Below, one piece after another: positions 41,210 to 51,840 of a stretch of DNA of 64,000 nucleotides (position 1 is its first letter; each line of letters starts with the position of its first letter). The stretch comes from Methanotrichaceae archaeon (GTDB taxonomy: Archaea > Halobacteriota > Methanosarcinia > Methanotrichales > Methanotrichaceae), in contig CAWDLW010000042.1 in the NCBI GenBank assembly GCA_963803145.1, positions 32,001 to 96,000 of the forward strand, written 5' to 3'. The notes beneath the pieces were generated by a model. That model ran no database searches, was not told where the DNA came from, and worked only from the letters and a program-made list of their open reading frames with translations. The translations under genes and the position numbers were made by a program.

Positions 41210-42274
41210 ATGAAGTTCACCTTATGCCTCTGCCTGTTAGTAGTATCATTGATCGCTGTACAGGCAGATACGACCTACCAGTCACCTGAAGAGACTGCGA
41301 ACAACTACATCCCCCCAGTGGCGCTTGATAACTACTGGTACACTTACGGAGGACCCCTGTTCACTGCGGATATCACAGGCACGAACGAGTTCTCCCGAGG
41401 GGATACTGTCACGCTTTACGTGGGTTTAACGAACAACGGAAAGATCATGGGATTCAAGCAGGATAAAATGGCAAATACGCCAACTGAGTATGCCCTTGCC
41501 AATCAGGAGCAAAAGCTTGAGGCAGCAAGGACTACTGCTCTCTCAATAACCGGCACCCTCATTTCAAACACATCTCAGATCGATGTCCAATCGGGAGATC
41601 AGGTGATTCAATCCTTGCAATCAGGCCAGAAGGCTGGAGCACCGCTGACGTATACCATAAAGATTGCGAAGCATGCGCCTGCGGGTGTGTATCCTCTGCA
41701 GCTTAAGCTGAACTACGATTATCAGTACAACGTAGAGGTGTACGCCAACAGCATCGATCCACAAACGAGCCAGCTTTCCGGCTACCAGACATCATACTGG
41801 TATCAGCATGCGAACCAGTCGATCCCCATAGAAGTGTATGTCAAAAAGGCTGCAGACTTCGAGATAACTAAGGCTAATGGTACACTGGCTGTGGGCGAGA
41901 AGAAGGGGCCTGTTGAGGTCACATACAAGAACGTAGGTGAGGACCCTGTGACCGATGGGGTGGCAAGGCTCAGCATCTTCAAGCCGTTCTCATCAACGGA
42001 CGATCAGTCATATATCGGCAATCTGGCACCTGGCGAGGAGAAGACTGTCATATTCAGGGTGGATACAGATTCAGATGCAACTCCCAAGGATTACGGCATC
42101 AACAGTGAGATCAAGTACACAGATGCCAAGGGAGATACAGTGATATCAGAGAGCATGAAAATACCAGTCCAAGTCAAACCAGAGTCAGCGTCTATGCTCG
42201 TGCCGGGCATCGCAGCTCTTGTGCTCATTGTTGCCGCGGGCGGGTACTTCTACAGAAAGAGGCAGAAGGCATAA
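41210..42274 (+). CDS. S-layer-domain (COG1361-like) surface protein
   Basis: Signal peptide, Ig-like modules (IGNLAPGEEK), C-terminal TM plus basic tail. Confidence 0.8.
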   Translation: MKFTLCLCLLVVSLIAVQADTTYQSPEETANNYIPPVALDNYWYTYGGPLFTADITGTNEFSRGDTVTLYVGLTNNGKIMGFKQDKMANTPTEYALANQEQKLEAARTTALSITGTLISNTSQIDVQSGDQVIQSLQSGQKAGAPLTYTIKIAKHAPAGVYPLQLKLNYDYQYNVEVYANSIDPQTSQLSGYQTSYWYQHANQSIPIEVYVKKAADFEITKANGTLAVGEKKGPVEVTYKNVGEDPVTDGVARLSIFKPFSSTDDQSYIGNLAPGEEKTVIFRVDTDSDATPKDYGINSEIKYTDAKGDTVISESMKIPVQVKPESASMLVPGIAALVLIVAAGGYFYRKRQKA

Positions 42275-42315
42275 GCCAGAGCCTCCTCTGCGTTTTATTT
42301 TTTATACCTGTTTTG

Positions 42316-42732
42316 TTATACTTGTTCTGGCGGTGAATCAAAGTGCTTCTCATAAGGTTTGATATCCAGAATAGGCGTACCATCCAAGGCATCGAGGTAT
42401 TTGACCCTTATTCTGCTTCCGCGCACCTCCAAAACCTCGACTACTGTTGCGCCTATCGGGTTAGGCCTGCAGGGGCTACGAGTTGAGAATACTCCGCGCG
42501 CGGGGATATTCGGATCTCCATGCGGATGAACCCTTGGCACATAACCTGGAGATCTGTCGATATGGTATAAGACGATCAAATATTTGAAACGCTCAATGCC
42601 ATCAAGGGCAGGGATATAACTTTCATCCAGCAGCAGGACTGATTCAGAGCTCCTGATTCTTTCGGGCTCACTGGGCTGATTAAAGCTATTCATTACAATT
42701 CCTACTGGATGATAGATTATCGTCTCTGTCAA
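42316..42732 (-). CDS. tsaA: TsaA/TrmO tRNA m6t6A37 methyltransferase family
   Basis: GVFSTRSPCRPNPIG, LDALDGTPILDIKPY; start uncertain (TTG 42732 or ATG 42768). Confidence 0.88.
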   Translation of the reverse strand: MTETIIYHPVGIVMNSFNQPSEPERIRSSESVLLLDESYIPALDGIERFKYLIVLYHIDRSPGYVPRVHPHGDPNIPARGVFSTRSPCRPNPIGATVVEVLEVRGSRIRVKYLDALDGTPILDIKPYEKHFDSPPEQV

Positions 42733-42953
42733 GGCTGATCCCAAGTATATGATGATCCAGCAGAACATGAGCTTTGTTATCTCCCGTGATTATAGGAGAA
42801 GCCGCGCAGAATAAATATAATGATATTATGATAATTATGCTATGAAATATAAAAAGGGGGATCGCACACTGATGCTGACGATAAGTAACACTATGCGCGA
42901 CCTTTAACAGATTGGTGATTTACATAGTGTTACGGTATTAGGTATTGATGGCC

Positions 42954-43508
42954 TCATGTCATGGCCATCAATTCAAGCTTCACTCGGTCTGATTCGCCAG
43001 AGCTGGAATCGGCCTCTGCTGTCTGGCCGTCCTCATCAGGCACATATGCCAGATAAAGCTTTCTTCTCTTTCCCTGGGTTATCTTGACATGCTTCGGATC
43101 CAGATCCACCGCTCGCTTCATAACGCTGATAACTGTCGTCTTATTCAGACCGAGCATATCCACAAGCTCGCTGGTTGTATATCGTCCAGGCCTTTCTGTG
43201 ATGATATCTATCAATGTCCTGGCATGGTTATCAAGAGCTTTGCTCTCGCTTGTGCTCTGCTCTTGGACAGGAGCGACCCGTCCCTGTCTCGCCTTGAGCT
43301 GGCTCTTCAGGTCGGCAACATCCTTTGACAGACGGTCTACCTGGTCTATTAGCCTGCCTAGGAGTTCGACATCATGCTGCTTGGAGCCAAGTTCTGTAGT
43401 TATCTTGTCCATTGCAGTTATGAGCGCGATCATCCCCTGCGTTTCTTTTCTTTGCTTTTCTATTTCCGCAAACTTTGTTTTGTATAACTCTAAAAGCTCC
43501 TCGAACAT
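42954..43508 (-). CDS. Coiled-coil plus HTH hypothetical protein
   Basis: Heptad N-half; YTTSELVDMLGLNKTTVISVM HTH-like. Confidence 0.7.
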   Translation of the reverse strand: MFEELLELYKTKFAEIEKQRKETQGMIALITAMDKITTELGSKQHDVELLGRLIDQVDRLSKDVADLKSQLKARQGRVAPVQEQSTSESKALDNHARTLIDIITERPGRYTTSELVDMLGLNKTTVISVMKRAVDLDPKHVKITQGKRRKLYLAYVPDEDGQTAEADSSSGESDRVKLELMAMT

Positions 43509-43730
43509 CTATAAGCTACTCCTGATGCCTTCTAATCCTGTCTAGTTTCGAAGGTATTCAAAAGATTGACGGATATGACTGTACTATATTAGTATAAATA
43601 CTTTTCTTAGTATTGTTTGGAAATGGTGACTTCTACAGAGTATATCAGTATTTTGTCTTAGTAGAATAAATAATAATAATAATCTATTTCAGGTAGATCG
43701 ATATGGTGATATAACGATAATGCCCCCAGG

Positions 43731-44522
43731 TTAGGCTGCAGTGCACCTTAGAAATTCCGGCAGTTCCAATATATCCTTTATCACCTTATCGGCAATCTTG
43801 GTGAGATTTATTGGAGGACAGTTGTTCTGCTGGGTTGTGAGAACTCCCAGATCAGCTGCTTCCAGGGCATATAGATCGTTCAGTCCATCTCCGACCATTA
43901 CAACTTTACTATATTGCTTCTTCAGCAGGGATACTATCTCACGCTTTCGCTTAGGAGCTGCAACCGGATAGATGTGATTCGGCTTGATGCCATAATCTAC
44001 CAGATGTGAAAGGCCGCGCATGCTATCTCCTGATGCCACATAAATATCAGCACCAAGATCCTTCAACTGATTCAGGACAGAGCGAAGGCCTGGAAAAGGA
44101 GTGCCTCCTGTGCTTATAGTATAGGCAAGTTCATTGAGTTCGACATCGATTATCATACCAGAGCTGCTGTAGGTATCTGGGCACCTGGCTTTAACGGCGC
44201 TATAGGTCTCCTGGACATCAGCCATTTTGGTATCTGAGTTATAGAGGATTTCAATTGCTTTCTCCCTGGAGATGGGAGTGCTTGCGCAGCTTATCTCTAT
44301 GGAATTCTTGTCCAGGAGAGATCTGATGGGCGTATCTGGGCTGCAGGATACGATCAAATTAGTATCAAGCTGAGGAACGATAAGAGCACGTCCGTGCTTT
44401 TCCATAACGAGATCGGATGTAAGAATATCCTTCAGCAGAATGCCGCGGCGTATATCCTTTGCCACGCGATAAGTTTTTAATATTGTGCCGGCTGAATCGA
44501 AGACCACTGCAAGGTTCTGCAT
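43731..44522 (-). CDS. HAD hydrolase (soluble P-type ATPase-like)
   Basis: VVFDSAGT, ASGD, MVGDGLND. Confidence 0.85.
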   Translation of the reverse strand: MQNLAVVFDSAGTILKTYRVAKDIRRGILLKDILTSDLVMEKHGRALIVPQLDTNLIVSCSPDTPIRSLLDKNSIEISCASTPISREKAIEILYNSDTKMADVQETYSAVKARCPDTYSSSGMIIDVELNELAYTISTGGTPFPGLRSVLNQLKDLGADIYVASGDSMRGLSHLVDYGIKPNHIYPVAAPKRKREIVSLLKKQYSKVVMVGDGLNDLYALEAADLGVLTTQQNNCPPINLTKIADKVIKDILELPEFLRCTAA

Positions 44523-44616
44523 CTATGCTAATAGGGTAAAAGAGGAAGATCAAGCTATCGGTGGATTCTCGATTATCTTGATCACCATCAGAGACCAAAG
44601 AGAGAACAAATACGAA

Positions 44617-45138
44617 TCACCACCCTTCCAGATGGATCCTATCTACGTTGTATCTATCCTCCCTGTGTTTATCCTCTGCAGGATAGCCTAGGGCTATAAG
44701 GGCAAAGGGCACAACATTATCTGGTATATTGAAGAGCCTTCTAAATTCATTTGTTCTATCTTCTCTGGGACAGATTCCGAGCCACACAGCGCCAAGCTCC
44801 TTTGCACGCGCTGCGATGAGAATGTTCTCAGTTGCTGCTGAACAGTCCTGCACCCAGAACCCAGTATGTTTTTCGATGGCCAGATCTCCGCATACAAGTA
44901 TGGCGACAGGGGCTTCTTTTAGCATTTGAGAATGTGGATGGATCTGAGTTATTCTGTTGAGGGTGACTTTATCTTTGATGATTATGAAATGCCAGGGCTG
45001 CTCATTTCCTGCAGAAGGCGCAGCCATCCCCGTTCTCAAAAGTTCATATATCACCAAATCCGGAAGAGGTTCGTCCCTATATTTGCGAATGCTTCTGCGG
45101 GTGAGGATCGCGTCTATGGCATCCATGCTTTTCACCAT
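44617..45138 (-). CDS. Nitroreductase family protein
   Basis: RRSIRKY, APSAGNEQPW, LGAVW. Confidence 0.92.
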   Translation of the reverse strand: MVKSMDAIDAILTRRSIRKYRDEPLPDLVIYELLRTGMAAPSAGNEQPWHFIIIKDKVTLNRITQIHPHSQMLKEAPVAILVCGDLAIEKHTGFWVQDCSAATENILIAARAKELGAVWLGICPREDRTNEFRRLFNIPDNVVPFALIALGYPAEDKHREDRYNVDRIHLEGW

Positions 45139-45141
45139 AGT

Positions 45142-45351
45142 TCAATCTGTCGCGATCATAACATTCGTTGCCTTTATGACTGCGTATACCTCTTTTCCCT
45201 CTTTGAGATCGAGGCTATCGACAGAGGTTTTGGTTATCACCGATACTATTGTTTCTCCGCCTTGAAGCTCGACTGAGACCTCTGCACTGACAAGTCCTCT
45301 GGTTATGCTCTTGACCTTACCTTTTAGAATATTACGGGCACTTATTTTCAT
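45142..45351 (-). CDS. Mop/TOBE molybdate-binding protein
   Basis: MKISARN.LKG..SVIT..AVIKA. Confidence 0.92.
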   Translation of the reverse strand: MKISARNILKGKVKSITRGLVSAEVSVELQGGETIVSVITKTSVDSLDLKEGKEVYAVIKATNVMIATD

Positions 45352-45517
45352 ATAATCACTCTTTATTGATATATCCTTCAGGGATATTTAACCTTGATCA
45401 TTATTTAATCTTCACAATTCTAATAGCCAAACATATCTACAATAACGCCAGCTTAAATGGCATTACTACTACATCATAGCAAAAAGTCTATGAACAAAAA
45501 AATTTATTTTAGTCCTA

Positions 45518-46219
45518 ATGATCTACAAGCTAGTGGGCATCCTCACATTGTTCATAGCTTTGTCTCAGGGCGCCATATTAAGCGTCGGCCCAGGTGATAG
45601 CATCCAGGCCGCCATTTATGCAGCACATCCCGGCGATATCATAGAGGTCAAGGGAGGCACTTATTATGACCATCTGAAGGTTGATAAGTCAATCACACTC
45701 AAGGGCATAGGCATGCCTGTTCTGGATGCTACAGCCAGCGGCAGTGGAGTCACTATTACCTCTGATGAGGTGCAGTTTGAGGGCTTTAGGATAATAAACT
45801 CGGGAAGTATGCTCGGCGGTATGCCAGGGATTTTGCGCGATGAACCAGAAGCTGGCATTAAGGTTCTATCAAAGAATAACATAATAAGAGATAATAATGT
45901 GAGCAATAACTTCAACGGGGTATACCTCTCTCATTCCAGCAACAATACGATATTCAATAACATTGTGAAGGATAATCTCGGATTTGGGATCAGGCTGGAA
46001 GGGTGCATGAATAATACCGTTTACGCAAATAGCTTTGCGGATAACTATGGGCAGAATGCCTACGATGATAGCTCAAATCAATGGGATAACGGCTCAATAG
46101 GCAACTACTATAGTGATTTCAGCTGCATTAATAGAAAAGACGGGATCTGCGTCTCAAGCTATCCAGTGCCGGGCGGCAAGAATATCGACCGATATCCTAC
46201 TCTTAGAATATTACGATGA
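45518..46219 (+). CDS. Secreted NosD/CASH right-handed beta-helix protein
   Basis: SIQAAI..GDII, Asn-rich repeats, WDNG..GNYYSD..DRYP. Confidence 0.85.
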   Translation: MIYKLVGILTLFIALSQGAILSVGPGDSIQAAIYAAHPGDIIEVKGGTYYDHLKVDKSITLKGIGMPVLDATASGSGVTITSDEVQFEGFRIINSGSMLGGMPGILRDEPEAGIKVLSKNNIIRDNNVSNNFNGVYLSHSSNNTIFNNIVKDNLGFGIRLEGCMNNTVYANSFADNYGQNAYDDSSNQWDNGSIGNYYSDFSCINRKDGICVSSYPVPGGKNIDRYPTLRILR

Positions 46220-46334
46220 TGAATACTGCCCTTGCCCCAATAACTTTTTTATCTAGAAGGTTGTAATAAGACCTTGTACTATCAAAGTACGGGGTAGAAG
46301 GACGAAGGGAGCAGCGATAGCGGCACCAATAGCT

Positions 46335-47039
46335 TTGTTGCTATTCTCTCTTCTGGTCAGCGGCATAACAACAGGCACACCAGCAATTAAAGAGCCGGTC
46401 CAGGATGGGGATTTCTGCAATAATCTAAAGGTGACTGGAACTGGCAGCTTCGAGGTTGGAGTATCTGTAAAGGATAAGGAACTGGCCCTGAATTACGATA
46501 GCTACATGCAGGGCGATGGCGATCTCGAGATGGATACCACGACCGCCGAGGCACAGAAGGCCGCCAGAATTCCTGGAGCTACAGGAAAAGCGAATGACTC
46601 AGCTGTACCTCTCAACCTCGTCGAGGGCAACAGATTAACCTATTCGGGAAAAACTCCTCTTGTGGGATTTAAGCACATTAAATCCGATGCTTTCTGGGGC
46701 GGCATAGGTGCGGATATCACGGAAAGCTTCTCAGTGACGCAGATGGATAGAGAGGAGAATACGTACTTCGCCTCGACAAACCCCGCGAGCTATATCACGG
46801 ATCCAAAGAAGATCGCTGAGGTACTTGCCACAAGTCCTGTACAAGCGGTGGGAATGAGCACGAAGAACGCCTTCAATGGAACATGGACATTGGATTCAAG
46901 GATGCATAAGTTCATGTCCAAGGACGTAAAGTCGCATCAGTCCTTCACAGGGGCGTTCGAGGTGGATAATCAGGTCAAGTTCCACGACAACCCTGTGCCT
47001 GAAAAGGAGAATATAGGGTGTGAGGGCATAGATTGCTAA
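46335..47039 (+). CDS. Secreted hypothetical protein (true start probably upstream)
   Basis: 234-aa ORF; frame open upstream through RGRRTKGAAIAAPIA. Confidence 0.7.
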   Translation: MLLFSLLVSGITTGTPAIKEPVQDGDFCNNLKVTGTGSFEVGVSVKDKELALNYDSYMQGDGDLEMDTTTAEAQKAARIPGATGKANDSAVPLNLVEGNRLTYSGKTPLVGFKHIKSDAFWGGIGADITESFSVTQMDREENTYFASTNPASYITDPKKIAEVLATSPVQAVGMSTKNAFNGTWTLDSRMHKFMSKDVKSHQSFTGAFEVDNQVKFHDNPVPEKENIGCEGIDC

Positions 47040-47793
47040 GATCCCTCATTCATTCCTTACATTTCTCTGTTTTTCGGTTAAGATGGTCTTGAATAAACTC
47101 TGGGTAACATTGGCGCTTCTTCTTCAACTGCTCTGTCTCTGCAAGAGGAACAGTACGCCCATCTGGAAGTAAGGTGATTCCATTTGCTTTCATAAAGTGT
47201 GAATTCGATGGTAAGCCCTGTTCACCAAATATTAACACGATTAAGTATCACTACCCACAATATTGTTGCGATTCACGCTCGTTTACCTGGGTAGTGCATA
47301 AAGCTAGAAAAGGAACGCATAAAGTAGCGATTATCTGGGGCATGGGCAATCCTACTGCGATCGTTGTTAGCCAAAGGACATTGATAGTAGAAGCAGCAAC
47401 ATTGGAATGAATTCGGCAACAAGTATCGGGATCATGGCGAATATGCTGAATTGATAAAACGCCCGTATGATGGGGAAAGGCCGGCCATGTTAAATCGAGT
47501 ATTTTTGGAGGCATACGCGCAATTATCATGGCCCACCATCGGAGTTAATCCGATATATCATCAATTGCTTGCTATTAATTTATAAATTTTTAGATATTTT
47601 ACATTCGTATAAAGTTTTCTTCATGCCTTGATAGAACCAATGATCGGGATAATTAATTCTTACAGAAGCTATTTTGATTGATATGATTATGTTGCATTAG
47701 AATTACAGACAACAGTACTTAATTCGAGTATTGACTGTGTCTACTTAATTAAATTTCGCAACATTTTATTAAAGATAAATACAAACTTACTGT

Positions 47794-47853
47794 AACATTC
47801 CCGAAAGGGCTTGTCCTCCTTGAGGGATGTTGAGGAAATCTATTAGGAGGCAA
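47794..47853 (+). promoter_or_regulatory. Structured 5' leader with anti-SD sequence
   Basis: TTTATTAA at about 47765; TTGTCCTCCT (47811-47820) complementary to AGGAGGCAA (47845-47853). Confidence 0.5.
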
Positions 47854-47856
47854 GTT

Positions 47857-48675
47857 ATGAATGATTGTATAGCAATGCTCATCGTTGGCTCTTTGCTGCT
47901 GGTTTCCGCAGCTGCTGCAACGGGCAGTAACAACCAGATATCTGTTGATATCCATCAAGAGGCAAAAGGAAACTGCAACACTGGGAATGTCTATATTGAC
48001 CAGGAGACTTATGCTATCGCTAATGTTCAGGGAAACAACAATTATGTTAGCCAGCATATAGATGCATATGCTGATGACAATAGCTTAACAAGTAGAAACA
48101 ACCCTGCCGGCATAACTCAAATCTGCAGCATTATGGGCAATATAACTGGTAATAACAACCATCTTGAGCAAAACATTGAAGCAAAGTTAAACAATAATAG
48201 TATAGTCGAGAGCACCTTATCTCAGCGCGCGGCTCAAACAGCTGATATCGTCGGCTCATATAATAGTGTTTACCAGGCAACTTCTGTTAATTCAAATAAT
48301 AATAAACTCACTCTGAGCGATTTAAAGCAGTTCTCATTCCTTGCAGCTTCCTGCTTAAATGGCAATTATAATTGGCTGGATCAACGAGTAAGCCAAAGTG
48401 CGAATCGTACCAGCTTAACCGGTTCAAAGTTATGGCAGGTTGCAAAAGACAGTGCAATCTTCTTCGGCAGCAAAAATAACGTAGATCAGCAGGCTACTAT
48501 CAGTGCGAATGGTGCTAGACTGACTTATGCCCAAGAATATCAGGAGATCCTCGAGAATGCAAATATTCTTGGGAGTGGCAATTCCGTAACACATAATCTA
48601 ACTTTGAATGGAGCGACAAACAGTCTAGTCGTAGCTTCACTTATACAGAAGGCAAATACGACAACGAATCTCTAA
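47857..48675 (+). CDS. Secreted Asn/Gln-rich repeat protein (curlin-like)
   Basis: AGGAGG RBS, signal peptide, about six 35-aa repeats GxxNx(V/L)xQ..NxLxxSxLxQ. Confidence 0.75.
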   Translation: MNDCIAMLIVGSLLLVSAAAATGSNNQISVDIHQEAKGNCNTGNVYIDQETYAIANVQGNNNYVSQHIDAYADDNSLTSRNNPAGITQICSIMGNITGNNNHLEQNIEAKLNNNSIVESTLSQRAAQTADIVGSYNSVYQATSVNSNNNKLTLSDLKQFSFLAASCLNGNYNWLDQRVSQSANRTSLTGSKLWQVAKDSAIFFGSKNNVDQQATISANGARLTYAQEYQEILENANILGSGNSVTHNLTLNGATNSLVVASLIQKANTTTNL

Positions 48676-48694
48676 GCGCACGCCGCTATATCTA

Positions 48695-48724
48695 AAGGAA
48701 GGATTGGATTTCTGATCCTTCCTT
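48695..48724 (+). terminator. Hairpin downstream of the repeat-protein gene
   Basis: AAGGAAGGATTGG/CTGATCCTTCCTT. Confidence 0.5.
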
Positions 48725-48931
48725 GTTATATTAATTAGGAGAATTAATAAAAGAATCATGATCCTAAAGTATATATCGATAATTCTTCCAGGAGATATAT
48801 CAACGATTATTTAGGATCTTTCCTATTTTGGAGTAAGTGAAGCTATTAGCCTCATTGGAGGGATGCAAGGGCATGTTCATTGATTATGGAGTAATTAGAA
48901 AAAGCAAAACTGGAGTAGACTATAATCAAGT

Positions 48932-49559
48932 TCACCCCAGCTTTGTATAGGTATTAGCCTTGCTATTATCAGTTGCATTGCTTGATCCCTTTACCTCTAT
49001 CTGCATTGCATCATTGAATGTCTTTGATGCACCTGATGCAGATGCTACAATAGTTGTATTATAAGTCCCTGTAGCAATGCCAGCATTCCAGGTCCCTACA
49101 AATTCTCCTCCAGACGAGTGCTCTAGAGCCACATTGCCGACCTGTACGCCCATTGAGTCTTTGATGATCGCAGAAGCCGTCATATTCTCTACGTTGCTAA
49201 GGACTGCAGTGATCTCAACAGGGCTTCCGGGATTTGCGGGATTCGGCATGGCGCTTATATTTTGAAGATCAATGTTAATCGCTGGTGTTTGCTCGATATT
49301 GCTAGCAGTGTTTGCCGTATTTGGGCCGCTGGCATTATTATTTTGTGCTCCTTGTTTACTGAACTGAGAGTTTGTCCCTCTGGTAACTGCAGGACCAAAG
49401 GCCTGTGGATTGGGCTCCTGCACAGCGGAGTTTCCTATCTCATCCAACTTCTGCATAGGAATCCCAATTCTGATCTAACTGTGCACTCGTGATGGCTATG
49501 ATGCCTACTACGGCCACTACAAGGCATATTAAAGCCAGAACAAGTATCGACTTTGACAT
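48932..49559 (-). pseudogene. Frameshifted secreted protein with Ig-like C-terminus
   Basis: GGAGG plus ATG 49559 gives signal peptide MSKSILVLAL..QNWDS, stop at 49440; continues in another frame as MQKLDEIGN. Confidence 0.7.
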
Positions 49560-49826
49560 AATACCTCCTTTATCACATCACTGGTAATGGCAAGCGCACT
49601 CTTTAAAGAAGCCGACTCTGCCACTAATCCCTAAAATCGGCATTCTATATAAAGCATCTTGTATGTGGGTGGTTGTATTACGGCTCATGTCGATATCGGT
49701 GGAATCGCCCTGGCTAAAGAGGCAGTACTGGCGATATTGCGATTGTTTTTAGGATTTAACCCAAGGATATTGACTATAGATAACGCCTTGATCCTTAATT
49801 TTGAATTTGAGACCACAAGAATCATG

Positions 49827-49892
49827 CTTTGCTGTCATAGTATGGATAGTACACTTTTTCTCTATTTTACCCCCACATAAAAAGAGAGTATA
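49827..49892. repeat. Imperfect direct repeat, copy 1 (possible att/end site)
   Basis: CTTTG..CATAGTA..TAGTAC..CTATTTTACCCCCACATAAAAAGA..AGTATA; second copy at 56015-56078. Confidence 0.65.
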
Positions 49893-49945
49893 ATAGCCAT
49901 TCCAATAAAAGGAAGTCCTCGGTCTAAATTTGGACCTAAGTTCGC

Positions 49946-50110
49946 TTACAGAACCAGCAGTCTTTCATATTTCTCGCGTTTGACCTTATCCGCAACATGC
50001 AAGTATCGGGCAGTGGTCGCTAGGTTCTGATGGCGCATTAGCTCTTTTATGGTTAGGAGATCGCAGCCATTTTTAATTAGGATTGAAGCAGGAGAATGCC
50101 TAGCAAAGCT
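49946..50110 (-). pseudogene. Tyrosine recombinase (XerC/D-like) C-terminal remnant
   Basis: FARHSPAS..NGCDLLTIKELMRHQNLATTARYLH with catalytic R, H and Y; N-terminal part absent. Confidence 0.85.
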
Positions 50111-50172
50111 TTTGAAAGCCAGGGTGCAAATGGAGCCAGGGTTCACTAAAAAATGGATCAAATCCTAAAATT

Positions 50173-50607
50173 TTAGACCCCACCAAGGAAGTCCGATCCC
50201 ATGGCTTTTCCCTGGTCGGATGAAGCATATTTCGATATGGCTGAATCCGGCATGAGGTTAATATCATTGGTGGTATATTTTGATACACTATCCATCGTAT
50301 GGGTTATGCCGTTGCTTGTGGTATTCTTGTCGGCTGCCATATAGGGTTTCTGCAAATTGAGCGGCTCCGCCATCTTGCTCATAAGCAAAGTAGTATCATT
50401 TCCAAAGTTCTTAACTACCCATGCATTCCACTGATCGACAAGGGCATTAAATGCCGGAATATTTTGTCCTTGGATGGCTTTATCGTATGCCTGACCTAGT
50501 TGGAAGGACAGACGTACGCCATCAATTGTCGTTTGCTGTTCTGGAGTATAAGCCGCGGCCAGAGAAACCGCTACAAAGAGGCTTAAAAGAATTATAATTG
50601 CCTTCAT
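50173..50607 (-). CDS. Secreted hypothetical protein
   Basis: Signal peptide MKAIIILLSLFVAVSLAAA from ATG 50607. Confidence 0.75.
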   Translation of the reverse strand: MKAIIILLSLFVAVSLAAAYTPEQQTTIDGVRLSFQLGQAYDKAIQGQNIPAFNALVDQWNAWVVKNFGNDTTLLMSKMAEPLNLQKPYMAADKNTTSNGITHTMDSVSKYTTNDINLMPDSAISKYASSDQGKAMGSDFLGGV

Positions 50608-50919
50608 ATGCGATGAGTCTTCGTCGGGGTTATTAATACTTCTTGGTCTGCGCCAGAAATCACTTTCACAGTGCATGGATGACATTCTTAAACTATTATT
50701 ACTATTTTTCAGGTAGAGATGGCACACCTCATTTGGTACCCCCTCGGGGCCGTCTCCAATCATCCCTTTTAGGCGGTGATAGCAGTATATGATTTAGTGA
50801 TTTCACCAGAGCCGTTTGTTGAGAAATGCAAAAGCTTGGCCAAAGCAAAGAATCCTTGTCTGGAAGTTGTAGATGGCCGCGTTCGATTGGCATAGATAGA
50901 TGGCAGTACTGCTGGTTTC

Positions 50920-51180
50920 ATGGAAAGAGCGGATTCGATCGACCTTAGAACATCCTATGACATGCTTCTTGATGCTCTTTTTGAGGCGGGAGAATCTTCC
51001 CAAAGGCCGCTGATAAGATCCTGTGGACACTGCCCACCAATGGCCAAAGGATGAAGAGAAGTGATCTTAGGCGGCGCTACTGGGTTATGGATACAAGAGA
51101 TTAATCCTATACTTGAGGACTTGGAAAGAGAAGGCCGGATCAGGATAGATACAAAGACATCGATGATGTTGCTCAAGAAT
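50920..51180 (+). pseudogene. Degraded small winged-helix protein
   Basis: Across frames: ADKILWTLPTNGQRMKRSDLRRR / EINPILEDLEREGRIRI. Confidence 0.45.
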
Positions 51181-51219
51181 CGATATCCTTTTAATCATTT
51201 AAGGGCCAATGGGATATTG

Positions 51220-51678
51220 ATGAGACAGCTTGTAATGTGTGCATTACTCCTTCTGGCATTTTCTCTTAATTGCATGGCAATTGCACCAGTCCAGATTGGC
51301 GGAATACATGGCCAAAACAATTCATCAATGATATCCTATAACCCATTCACGGCAAATAACCGGGATAGAGGAGACCTCTGGAGTTGGGGCAGTGGTCCGG
51401 TAGGTTACGGACAGTTATTTCCAGCGGAATCCAATAGTTTTGGAGAATGGGCTCCGTTTGACGAGACGCCGCTGAATTATACATCGAATGAAACTCCGCC
51501 TGGCTACGCAGCCAATGAAATTAAGCGGCTGTTCTCAAAGGATGGACAATCCGAAGTCACTCAATATTGGTTAACCGGGGGAGTAAATTCAATTTATGAT
51601 ATACCAAATGAACCACCTCGGTTATCTCCCAGCCAGGGATTTTTCAGTGGTTATGGAGATTGGGGACCCTCTATTTGA
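51220..51678 (+). CDS. Secreted hypothetical protein
   Basis: Signal peptide from ATG 51220; DLWSWGSGPVGY. Confidence 0.7.
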   Translation: MRQLVMCALLLLAFSLNCMAIAPVQIGGIHGQNNSSMISYNPFTANNRDRGDLWSWGSGPVGYGQLFPAESNSFGEWAPFDETPLNYTSNETPPGYAANEIKRLFSKDGQSEVTQYWLTGGVNSIYDIPNEPPRLSPSQGFFSGYGDWGPSI

Positions 51679-51840
51679 AAGCATGATGATACAATTGGCA
51701 TAATCCTGAAGCAATTCCATAAATCCAATAGAATTATTTTTTAGAACGCCATTTAGTTCCCGAAGTATTAGCCTTAATAGAATCAAAGGACATGCCTATA
51801 GATGGCTTGAGGGCTAAAGAATAGCCTAAAATGGAGCGCA

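Noticed and set aside
47050-47529. Short minus-strand ORFs
   Set aside because: No recognisable motifs; possibly pseudogene debris
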